NCBI GenBank assembly: GCA_964035545.1
Contig: OZ037767.1
Coordinates: 6,092,707 to 6,156,706, forward strand
Source of the DNA: Bugula neritina
Taxonomy: Eukaryota > Animalia > Bryozoa
Direction: 5' to 3'
Length of the DNA stretch: 64,000 nucleotides
Translations under genes and position numbers: made by a program
The notes under the pieces: model-generated
Databases searched by the model: none
What the model was told of the DNA's origin: nothing
Seen by the model: the letters and a program-made list of their open reading frames with translations, nothing else
Shown: in pieces, positions 23,141 through 34,600 of the stretch
Layout of the letters: every line of letters begins with the position of its first letter
Numbering within the stretch: position 1 is the stretch's first letter

Positions 23141-23560
23141 GTTGAGCTTGCCATCATAATTATTTTCAATAGTAACTGGTTGCAGGTTGATAAGCCTTAC
23201 GATTGTATGCGAGAACATTGTTTACATTAGGAGGGCTGGCTCGCCCACCAGTTGCTATTTAAAAGTTTTTATTGGAATTTATGGCTATCTGTGAATGATT
23301 TATGGTTTACACACCGCACCATCCGCAGTAAAAAGATACTTCATCTATTCATTAGATGCAGTTTTAAAAAATGAACCACTGCTAAATTTGTAACTTTTCT
23401 TTTTTAAACAATACTGTAATTAAGAAATGCGTATCAAACACAATTTTTTATTATTAATCTTTTAATTAAAGCATAAACTTCCGGCGCGTAAAGTTTCTTT
23501 ACTCCCACGATAGCATTCATTCATAAACCGAAGCACTTGAGTACTTTGCGATACTTGCTG
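23100..23560 (-). promoter_or_regulatory. Putative promoter/first exon region of the SPRED-like gene, with an ETS site at 23477-23484
   Basis: Locally CpG-enriched. GTAAGT donor at 23114, ATG at 23140, and CCGGAAGT on the minus strand. Confidence 0.5.
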
Positions 23561-23756
23561 ATGAGAGTAGATAACTCTCAGTACTTATGACAAGCCAAGA
23601 TGAACCTAAAGTTATCTCCAAGGAATTGACTAGGATACATCTGTTGAAAATGGAGATTTAACTCAAGTAAACTAATTATTGAAACAATTCACTATGTGAT
23701 TCATGTATATTATATTTTTTTATGATATGGCTAGTTTCTTGTAAAAACCTATGCAA

Positions 23757-23932
23757 GTTTATAGTCACCATCCCTGTGAAAAAACCCTGATGAAATGGTT
23801 GTTTGTTAAATGGGGCTAAGGACTTATTCAGATGGAGCACAGAAGCAATTATGACTGGATGCTCTTTCTAACATCACCAATGGCCTTTGCCCAGACTTGA
23901 ACCCATGACTCTAACCCCTAGACCACGGCTGC
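23757..23932 (-). mobile_element. tRNA-derived SINE, same family as 42589-42867
   Basis: Its reverse complement aligns along its length with 42589-42791 (GGCCATTGGTGA.GTTAG.AAG..CAT.CAG...TAATTGCT.CTGTGC..CATCTGAATAAG...CACAGGGATGGTGACT.TAAAC). A-box and B-box-like head. Confidence 0.8.
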
Positions 23933-25266
23933 GCCCTTGTTTCTTGTAATACATTGTATATAATAATCTTATTTATTCATTTTCACCCTACACTGCTGAT
24001 AGTCAAAATGAAAAATATTCTTAGTTGTTTAATGAGAATTTATAGATTTTGCGTATATGTCTATTTATATATTATAAGGATTTAAAACAACTAAATTAAA
24101 TTTGCAGAAAGTGAATTGAAATGAAGAAAAATATTTATGAAATGAAAAGCAAGATGGGGAAGATTTCATCAATATGAGTAGACACTGGGCGCAAGAAACA
24201 AACGAGACATAATGAAGCAACACTAGGTACAAGCAAATAGTAAAATTAAAAAATTCCTGATGTTCAAAAACTAATATTTTGGTCTTATAGAAAATAGCAA
24301 TAGAAGAGACAACTCTCTTAACAAGCAGTATATTGCTATTAGCATGGACTATGGTCAACTCTATTACAATACATTAAACTATGGCAGTTGATCATTGGTT
24401 TCTTGATGGGTATGAATGGTATACACCATTTATGTGCATGTGCAATTCAGTGTGGCTTAAATAGCACATAACCCAGACCATCAGAATTGTTGGGCATATA
24501 TTTTTCTATACAATTATTTAACATCTGTGTAATAATGGCCCTTACTCGAGTTAGCCGGACACTTGGATTGCCTTTAGTGCCTTGAAACTTTTTTGCCTCA
24601 AGTTGCTCTGGTAAAATAGCCCCAAGAGAAGTTTTGACTAGATGCCCTTTGTAGTCTAGAGATGTTTGTCTGGTCCCCATTTACTGCATGCCAACTGTTT
24701 TCTAGATTTCTATTACATTTATCTACTACTAACTATAGTCATGTGTAGCAATTCCAGCTTATAACAGGCAGCATAATTTGCCTACCTAATTATTTATTGG
24801 TCGATGGACAGAGAACAAACCAATTATTTAACGTGTAATTGTTCTTTTTGAGTATAGCAAAATCCTATACACCATGAACGTAATATTTCTTTGAGTTGTG
24901 ATTTAAGCATAAATTGTACACAAGAAAAGTTGTCAAAATTATTGTGGTATGGAACTTATGGGTTATTTAGCATAAATATTATATCTTTCAATATTGGTTG
25001 GAGGATCAGCTATTGAAAGCAGTAATCTAAAGAGAACTTGAATTTTTCCACTTAAAGAATATTTATTTTCTAATATATTTCTTATCTATTTACATATATT
25101 ATGAGCATCACAAAAAGAACACCAGTTGATTAAGAGAAGAACACACTCATTGACAAAGGATAAAGTGATCAGCACAATTAGAAGCAATATCCCATTAAAG
25201 TGAAAAATCCATATAAAGGATCTACTATATTTATTTACAACAGTTGCAGAAATGTCCATGGCAAGG

Positions 25267-28196
25267 CTAATCACGGGGAGATCTTGACCTGCTCCTGCTG
25301 TTACCTCGGCTAGTTCTGCTTCCACTACAAACACGACTTCTGTTATAAACTAGCACTAACAATACTTCTATACAGTATAGAGATCAAGGTAATATGTTAG
25401 GGATGATGAAAAGTAGGCAAGTGTGATAGCTAACACATGTATACTATGAAAGCGTGCACTAAGCACAGTAATACTGTTGCAAACTTTAATAAGGAACATC
25501 TACAGAGATTTCTTCTCACAACGCAAAATAAAAACCATTTTGTAAGCCCCTATCTCAGTTCATATTAAGCATCAAATGAAAAACCTGCATCTCTCCATAG
25601 CTGAACTAAGATCAAGTGATGCAAGACTTGATGCACTCCATTGTAATGAAAGAACTAATATAAATTGTTTCCTTTTTGTGAATTCAAGTGTTTACCTGTA
25701 GTTATATACAAACTGTCAGCTTTGTTCCATAACAAGCTGATAGCATTGTAACCAGCAAAAACAAACCTTTTAGACCTTGATCGACTGGCACTCCTCTTCC
25801 TCGATCTAGAGTTGCTGCGATCACGAGATTTGGCCGGCGAGGCGCTTCTTCTAGCTGATTTACTGCGACTCCTGCTTCTGGATCTGCTCTGCTTGCTGCG
25901 GGAACGACTACGGCTACGAGATCTGGAGCGACTTCTGGACCTGGAGCGGCTGGTGCTACAGCATGTATAAGTTGGTATTAACTACGCCAACACAATATGT
26001 GAAATATATTCGCTTGTGTAAGTGTGGAGTTTTAGTAAAATTGAGTGCATTAAAAATATCATACCTTCTCTTCCTGCTGCTGCGTGGCTTATCTTCCTCA
26101 ATTCTGATTCTACGGCCACCGAGCTCCGTGTCATCAAGCTTATCAATAGCTGTTTTCATATCAGAGTATGTGGCAAACTCCACAACCCTACAGAAAGTAT
26201 ATTTCAGATATAAATCATGCGACAAGCTACACAAACAGAACTGTTATCGCGGGCTTAAGTTTTAAAAAGCTAAAAACTTGAGACAGCTACATAGGAAGGG
26301 TCTGCTAAGAACTTTATCATTTTTACTCGGCTAACCAATCACATGTCACAACAACTGTTAGATTTCTACAAGGAGCAAGTGTCTACGTCTTACCCTTCTC
26401 CCTTGTAAGGACGATGAGCGTCAGCATAGGTCACTTCCCCAGCTTGTCTCATGAAGTCTTTCAAATCCTAGAGTACAAGGAAACTATGCTGAAATACTAA
26501 CTACGTGCAAAAAATAATAAAATAAAAATCATTTATTAACCTAGTAAGTTGCACGTTACCTTTCAGAGCTATGATGAGTAACTGAATTACTTTGCAGATT
26601 TATTGTAAATCACCAATAGCGGTATTTGAATGAAATTTTGGGTGCTGATAATAAAAAGTTTTGAATGAAAGAGAATCACCAATATGAAAGGAAACAACAT
26701 CATCATCAGTGTGACTAATCACATCTTTGCATCAAACATCTTAAAGGAAAATTGTCATCTGACATCTAACTGGATACATCTGCATCGCGACCGACTCAGA
26801 CATCTCAACAGTCAGCACTATTTAACGCATCGCTCAGATGCCGGCCATGACCAACAAGGGTCAAGGTCAACGGCAGCCACAAATGGAGCATGGGCATCAG
26901 TACATCTACTTAAAGGTCAAGCAGAGGCAGAGCTCATCTGACTGAACGTCATCGTCTCACAGACATCAGACCAACCTCATGACATCACATGAGCTAATAA
27001 TATAAATTGTGTCTATCAGCATATTGCCGTCATGATTTACTAAATATTAGCATAAACATTTGCTAACTAAATTTTGCAATAAAATTGATATTAAGACATA
27101 CTCTAACAGAGCGGACTCATACTTCATATTAATTTCCGTTTTCGGACACCCAACACTTGTATTATAAGGCTAAATATCAAGTGTATACATATGTGCATCA
27201 TAACAATGAAATCCATGAGATACAAGAGCAAAACGTTCTAATAAATGCCTTGTGGAAAAACATATGACAGATTTGCTTGCCCACTTATACCACAACACTC
27301 TATTTTACAATGAAACCTTAAGCTGAGTTAAATATTAAGGGCAAAAATACTAAGCTTCAAATGACCTTTCAGGTATGAAATTGACAAATTATTCCACACA
27401 GACCGCCCTGGCACAATAACACCACATGTAATCTAAACAAGTACAATATTAACCAGAGTAAGAAGACAAGACCAAATACCTGCCAACTGGTCTTTGAGGA
27501 AAGATTTTCAATTATAACTCGATAGTCTGTGCGAGTTGGTGGTCCATACCTAGAGTGAACATAAAACATTTACGGTAGATGAAGACGACACTATATAAGG
27601 TCATACGAGTCACCAGTGCTCCGTGAAAATGGAAAATAAACTAAGTCAATTGCATGCAAATAATTCACATTTCAAAAACATCCAATTTAGCTGAAAAATA
27701 CACACGCATGGAATACTAACTTGTCAAGCCATACGGGTACACCGTCTCGTCCTCGGCCACGCCCTCTGAACCCTCCTCCCCCACCATAACCTCTATCGTA
27801 TCCCCTGTCATAGCCTCTGTCGTACCCCCTGGATCCACCATACCCACGGGAGTCTCTGTCCCTATCTCTAGCTGAACCCCCCTTAGCATGCTCCACTATG
27901 ATCCGCTCACCAGCTAAATCCGTTCCATTTAAATCATACACGGCGTCATCAGCATCTCTGTACTCATCAAACTCCTGCAAAGCATTATTTAAATCAGCAA
28001 TCAACACCAAAATTTCCGATTAAAAAAATATGAAAATGTGTTAATAATAGAACAGTCTTAAACCTAAACTTACCACAAAACCATAACCATTCTTGAGTAC
28101 TATTTCACGAATCCGTCCAAAAGGCTTGAACAGCTTTTCCACATCACGGTCTCTAGCTCGGTGAGACAGCCTCCCAATATATACTCTAGCTGACAT
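25267..28196 (-). CDS. SRSF4/5/6: Serine/arginine-rich splicing factor of the SRSF4/5/6 (SRp55/B52) family, about 301 aa
   Basis: Exons: 28196-28074, 27974-27721, 27549-27480, 26467-26394, 26187-26065, 25955-25767, 25339 (or 25324)-25267. RRM1 is RVYIGRL...[27 protein letters not shown]2 has [28 protein letters not shown]. The RS domain ends [10 protein letters not shown]. Confidence 0.96.
26560..26993 (-). other. Candidate poison (PTC-containing) cassette exon in the SWQ|DLKD intron of the SRSF gene
   Basis: Acceptor ttattag at 26994. The exon starts CTC ATG TGA, an immediate in-frame stop. Donor AAG|GTAACG at 26559. The sequence is GC-richer than the flanking intron and dense in GATG motifs. 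Confidence 0.6.
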
Positions 28197-29484
28197 GACT
28201 GTGATTTCAGCTGCAGAAATAACAAATATCTTTAACCATTTAATAAAAATTAATGTTTACAGAAGAACAATTTACAGTTAAGTGCTTTGTAAGAAAGGGA
28301 CTATTTATGTCAAAATAAGGAAGCATTGTTTTGGTTAACGTACAAACTCTTTTTTTATCAAATCGAGACTACAGCAATGGGAAATTTGATCATCAAAGTC
28401 TTATTTAATTCAAAGTGGACACAAGCCATTGTTATTATGACATGGATGGTTGGTACGTTCAATTTTGATGCTAGATAAACTCAATAAGTTGAGAGCTTTA
28501 TAAAGATGAAAGGCGCTAAGTTTTGACTTCTAGTTGCCAAAACTTCCAACACTTTCTCATTACTCAATTTTTTTACTTCCAAGGTAGGCCATTTTTAAAC
28601 TTTTGAAATTCAACATTCTCATTTGTCTTGTAACTGGTAAACTGTTTAAAAGTTTATACTTAAAGTCAAATGACAGATTTAGTTCTAGATATTCCTTGAC
28701 AGTTGACCAGCTTGCAGTGACTCACACCATGAACAAACTCTAATAAAAGCTTGATCTATCTCAACTTACAGTATTAATATTGGTATTACTAAAATCAATC
28801 CCTATAACTTCAAATGTTACACTTATAGTGTCAGTTTGATAGTGAATAAACGTCAATATGACAAAAGAATTACAATTACAATTGAATATAACATGGTAGG
28901 TTTATACGTAATAGGCATGAACTCATACTCATATTATAGCAAATATAATTCACCTCACTTTCACTGTGACTGAGATGGTTAAAATAATCATAATCAATAT
29001 CATTATTATGGTAATGATGATTATCAACATGATCATACTGATACTCATAGTTACAATAACAATTTCAATTTACAACTTGAAATAGTACTACTACTACTAG
29101 TCATACTACTACTATCATTAGTACTCTACTACAGCTAGTGCTACTACTAGTACTACGTTTACTGTACGCCACAAGTGTACTGTAGGCGTAGCTCGTGCAC
29201 GGTGTACATGACCCTGTACTAGTATCTGTGTTGAGCGTTATGAAGGCGCGACTTCAGAGATTCTAAGGTTTCTTATTGTCCCAGGAAGGACTACTACTAC
29301 TAGTACTACTACTTCAAGTTTATTATTACTACTAGACCTAGTACCAGTAGTCAGTAGACGTAGTACTAGTCACTAGTACTAGTAGTAGTACTACTACTAA
29401 CTATAACTCGGTATAAGTAAAACTAAAAGTAAATGTAATAGTATTTGCACAAATTTTTTGAGTATATGTAGCACAAAAATTTAC

Positions 29485-29870
29485 TTCGAATAACAACTAA
29501 AAGCGGCAATTGGTTTTTATTTCTCCTCAGATTTTAGCTAAATTGGCGTAATCTTGATTGTGATGTCTTTCCTCGCCTGCTTTGCGATGACCCAAGACGA
29601 ACAGTGAAGCACTACTAATAAAATGGCGTCCACGGAATGTTAGTAGTTTTTACATCTTATAAACATCGTAAAATCGTATTTTTATTCCTATCTACAATAA
29701 CGCGCAAAACTAGCGGAAACAATCGACTTGCAGAACACGGCTTTAAAACTGAACTTCCCCTATAATTTTTAGCTTAAACTTCTACACCACAAACGAGAAA
29801 ATTTAAACACTAAAAACGTAAAAATTGATCAAATTGTCCTCAAACTTTCGGGTCTCACCCGCACTATTTA
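29485..29870. promoter_or_regulatory. Bidirectional promoter / non-coding first exon of the SRSF gene, with a YY1-like motif at 29620-29628
   Basis: CpG-enriched segment between divergent genes. AAAATGGCG motif, candidate minus-strand donor at 29484, and acceptor at 28211 before the SRSF ATG. Confidence 0.6.
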
Positions 29871-30524
29871 GATTTTAGTAATAGTAAACTACCAAAAGTG
29901 AAAATACATTGATTATGATATTATTAATATTATTTGTTAAGAACATCAACTGTCAATTGTTATAAATTTATTATAATTATTAATATTAATGTTATAATTA
30001 ATATTATTATTTTTAATATCAATAGCATTATGATTATGGTAATCATCATGATTATTATTATAAACTGGTTATGAAATACCACTAAAAGTAAGTCAACTCT
30101 ACTAGTAGTAGTTGTAGTAGTAAACAGTATCAGTATGACTATGAGTAGTAGTACTAGTAGTAGTAGTACTACTACTACTAGTACTACTGTTACTACTAGT
30201 AGTAGTTCTATTAGTATTACTAGCAGTAGTAGCAGTAATACTAGCAGTACCAGTAGCGCTAGTCCTACTTCTAGTAGTAGAACTAAACAATGTTTTTACT
30301 TTATAGTTATACTTAATGTATGAACTTGAATTAAATATAAAAAGTGAGAAAGTATAATAAATTATAGGGTTGTTTATTTTCTCTCCCCATTTCCCTTCCT
30401 AAATTTCTTTGTGTTCTTCTGTGTGTCCTTCTGTGTGTTCACTAAAAAAACTTGTTATAGAGGTATAGAGTATATATTTGATTAAATATTTTCTATATAT
30501 TCTTATTTAGAGTGAGGTCATACC

Positions 30525-31624
30525 ATGGCTGCCCAATTGGGTGGCACTGCAAGCTTCCAGCCAACAATTTTTCTGAAGACTTCAAAGAATCTATCCACAG
30601 TGTTTATATCACTATCAGTAATATTGTTGGTGGTGCTGAGCGCTCTTATTATTAATGACTTCATTCAGTATGAGATTACAGAACTAACTGTTTATACTAC
30701 AGAGAAGATCACCGTCATTGTGTATGTGAGTATCTTAATAACTTCCAACTAAGATGTGATTTTAACATATAAATAAATACAAATTGAATTTTGAATTTAT
30801 TATCGTTTCACACCTTAACGCCTGCAGATGAGGTTTGTAAATAGTTTGTATAGTTTTTGAAGAGATCTTACTATAATCATAAAGCTCATAATTTGTTACT
30901 TAGTAGGCTATTTAATGAGCGGTAATAATATTTTACAATTATGCACGTTTTTTATTAAACTTTGTTATTTAAATTATAGTCACTCTACTTTTATTTACAA
31001 CCAATCATGTCTTATTTTAAAGCGGAATTTGTTTAATAATGTATAATAAGTTATGCTTTGCACAGTGTTTCATGTTGGTTCATAAATCATAGTTCGCTAT
31101 ATTATGATTGTACGATGGACTGTATTATTACAGTTTCTACACCTGGTTGGATTTTATGCAGCTTTAATAGCGCTAGTGTGGATCAATGAGACCACTCACA
31201 AACGACATCGAATACCTCGAGTCACCCTACTACTCATGATGCATGTGTTTGTATTCTTGGCCAGAATGGCATGTGAACTCTCTTATGTGAATTACAGGTA
31301 ATGCAGAAACTTCGTTGAATAAGAGCACATGCACTGTGTGTTGAATCTTTTAAATTTAGCATAGCTTGCATTATTAAAGGATCTCAAAATAATAGAAATA
31401 CCCCACTTTAGGTAGAATAGTACTGGTCTACACTATCTTTTTGTCATGCAAATGCTACCAGTTTGTATTATCGAACAATTTCAACATTATTATACAATTT
31501 CTATGCACTATAATTTCATGCAAAGGTTAATAGCTTTGTGTATACTCTAAGGCCTGAATTTTATCGAGAAGTAGATGATGGAGACTTTGAATCATCATAC
31601 TGTGATGCTATTATCAACCTGTAA
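30525..31624 (+). CDS. Uncharacterised small membrane protein (about 145 aa, 3 predicted TM segments)
   Basis: Exons 30525-30725, 31134-31297, 31552-31624 (TAA), phase-consistent. Good Kozak context (accATGG) and an acceptor at 30510. Hydrophobic runs VFISLSVILLVVLSALII, IVYFLHLVGFYAALIALVWI and VTLLLMMHVFVFLA. Confidence 0.75.
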
Positions 31625-34600
31625 CATTTGGTTTGCACAGTGCACTCAGCTCAACATCTGTATCATTTACCACACTGTTGTGGTGAAACCAAACGATGCC
31701 ATATACCAACATTATATACTCCTTCAAAACAAATTTACTTTGTAATATTTAATCGGATCAGCATAAATTGAACTTTGAACTGGCATTGCATGTACAAAAT
31801 ATATTCATTGAATTCGTTTCATGTGTAGGAAAAATAACACTCAGAATAACAATATATCTATTATCATTATAAAACTGCAGCTTGCATATTTGATTTTTTT
31901 TGGAGTTATCTATTCTCATATTATTTTATGTTCCCTCTACTTGTAATACATAAAAACTAATTTTCTGTATTATTATTTTAAAGCAGTAATTACAGTTATT
32001 AGAATCTAGTTACTTAGCTTATTCAAATGTGCTTTTAATTGTAGAACTCAAATAATTATATTTGCATTTCATTGAAAGCAGTAAATATTTACATCCAAAT
32101 TTTAAAATGAAATAAAATTGTCTTTCAATGATACTCATCAAACTATAATTTATTTCATTTATGCTTTTACATAATTTTTAGTAGAATGCTAAACATATAT
32201 TGAAAAGTTCTTTCCAAGTTCAAAACTTTTGAATGTTATGTTTTGTTCTAATTTTTGTGTGAGAAACCAGCTGTTATTACTAGCCCACAAAATTTCTACT
32301 GGGAAAGAGGTAAACTTTATAGGACCCTGATATATGAAGTTCGGCAAATTTAAAAGTTAAAGATATAATTATTTGCTAAAGACAGACATAACTTTTGCAA
32401 GTTGCACTGGGGTAAAATTTCGTGTGCCTCTATGCTATGACAACTCCAACACGCTAGTCTTAATTTCGAATACCTTATACCTATACGCCCTAAATGCATT
32501 GCATCTTGGAAGTTCGAATAGTCCTTTTATGTAACAAATGTTAGGCTCTTTTTTTATAATTATGAAAATTACAATCCAAAGTTGTGATTGAAAATACTCG
32601 ATGCATATAATGGAGTACATGGTCTGGAAAATATAATAATGGGCAATGCACCTCTTTCACTTTATACTTTGGTTTGTTGTTAACTTCTGATATGTGTCTC
32701 AAAACATTATCATAATTACTTATCAGCTATATGCATGCTGGAGTATAGTCAATATGCAGATGAGTTGGTATATAAAGATTCCAATTTGCTCATTAAAATG
32801 CAACTATATAACAAGAAACATATAGGCCTACAACTAATATTGCAAATATCACAATATTCTTAACTTATGTTGCTAAATAAAAAAAGAATATAAAATCATT
32901 ACTGCTCTAAGCAGCAGAAGGAGAGATAAAAGTAAAGCTGGATGGTACCATGGTTTATGGGGTTTAAAAACGCCCCAGATAAACCAGGGCGAATTTTTGG
33001 TGAATTTTAACTTGGCAATCTAGTGGGTATGGAGTTCATAACAGCTTGTCACTTCTACCCAGTAAGCAGTATGCTATCACTAGTGTGCTATACTAGTATT
33101 GCCATATTTGTCAAAATTATTCCAAGTAACATAGCTGCACACTAACTACAATAGAGTAAAAACCATACTGCACCTTTTGCTTTAAGGAGCAGATAACTCT
33201 CTACCTCTACTATTTTCAACAACTGCTTTCAATAATTTTAGAGTATGCATGGTGCAATCCAAATCATTATTATTATAAAGACAAATTTTGCAACATACCA
33301 CATATTATAGATTATAATAAACTGAATGAACTCGCAGTGTTAAGGAGTCAACTAACGCAGGAAAGTAAGTTGCTAACAAACTTCAAGCCATCTTTATTTA
33401 CTTTTCAATATTATATGTCCAGAATAGTAACAATGTATATTGATTTTGTATTCTACTTTCTAGTTAATTTTTATAGGAAAGACAGTAGTTTTCATAAATT
33501 TTATTTAAATCAAAGAATGCTGTTACCAAAACTAGTTTCAGACATAATGTTTTTGAATAATATAACAATGCTCAAAATTCTTTATAAAAATGTAATGCAT
33601 TTTTCCATTAAAATAGTTCTCAAAAGAGATTTTTAATAAATATATTTATGCAGTGAAGGTTGTTAAAACAAAACTTGCTTGTTAGACTCTATCAACTAAA
33701 ATATTGACATTCCACCTCAGGCTTATACGAAATTGAAAAACGCTAACCATTTCGTTATTAAAGCTGCGCAGTGTTGCTTTCCCTCTTTGCAAACCTGTCA
33801 ATCTTGTTTTTGAGGTAATTGCACCCCCAGCTTCTTCTAATCCTTTATTAGCAGTATTTTTTTACCAACACAATTTGTTCTTTTTACAGAAATTGACACA
33901 CATGTTCTCTTCATCTCCCATAGGAATCTATTAGCGCCTTCTAATGTGCTCTTATCTCTTCCATCTCTGCATGTATACACAACACCATCTTCTAACTTTT
34001 GTCATGCAGTATATTGAAACAAGTGATACATTTCCTGATTGGGCTAAAAGTTTCTTTTTCAGTAATTTATTCTGTCATAAAAATAAAAGATGCAGCACTT
34101 GGCTATGTCTAGATGCATGTTTATTTATTTATTTATTTCATGCATATAATTATTTATTAAGTTTTTCTTGCCATACATTATAATAAAACTGTTGGTCCAA
34201 CAAAAATTTTCAACAACTTAGAATATTTTTAATTAATTGCTAGGCCATCAAAGTATATGTATAATCAACCTTTTTATTTAAATATGAGCCGATTGTCATT
34301 ATGAAGTCCTCATACTCAAGTAAGCTTGCATACCTTTGATATTAGCTCACACACTTAGTCCAAATTCTTTGTTGTACCTAGCTAAGAGCTTTCAGACATA
34401 TCATTTTCCTCAATCAATGAATAATATGGACCAATGCTGATTCTTATATAATCCCTTATAGTTATTGAAAAGCAATTGAATGCAGTCAATACTAGTCAAA
34501 AGATATTGATTACATCGGAATTAAAACCTAAATGTTATGTTCGCTATGAGCACACACGCAGTTGGTTAATCGTAATCTGTTTCAACAAATGATTTGACAT

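Noticed and set aside
25586-25654. Second stop-containing cassette exon in the last SRSF intron
   Set aside because: The donor (GTTTTT) is weak and there is no other support.
30102-30323. Ser/Thr-rich ORFs on both strands
   Set aside because: Products of the AGT/ACT low-complexity tract; treated as non-coding.
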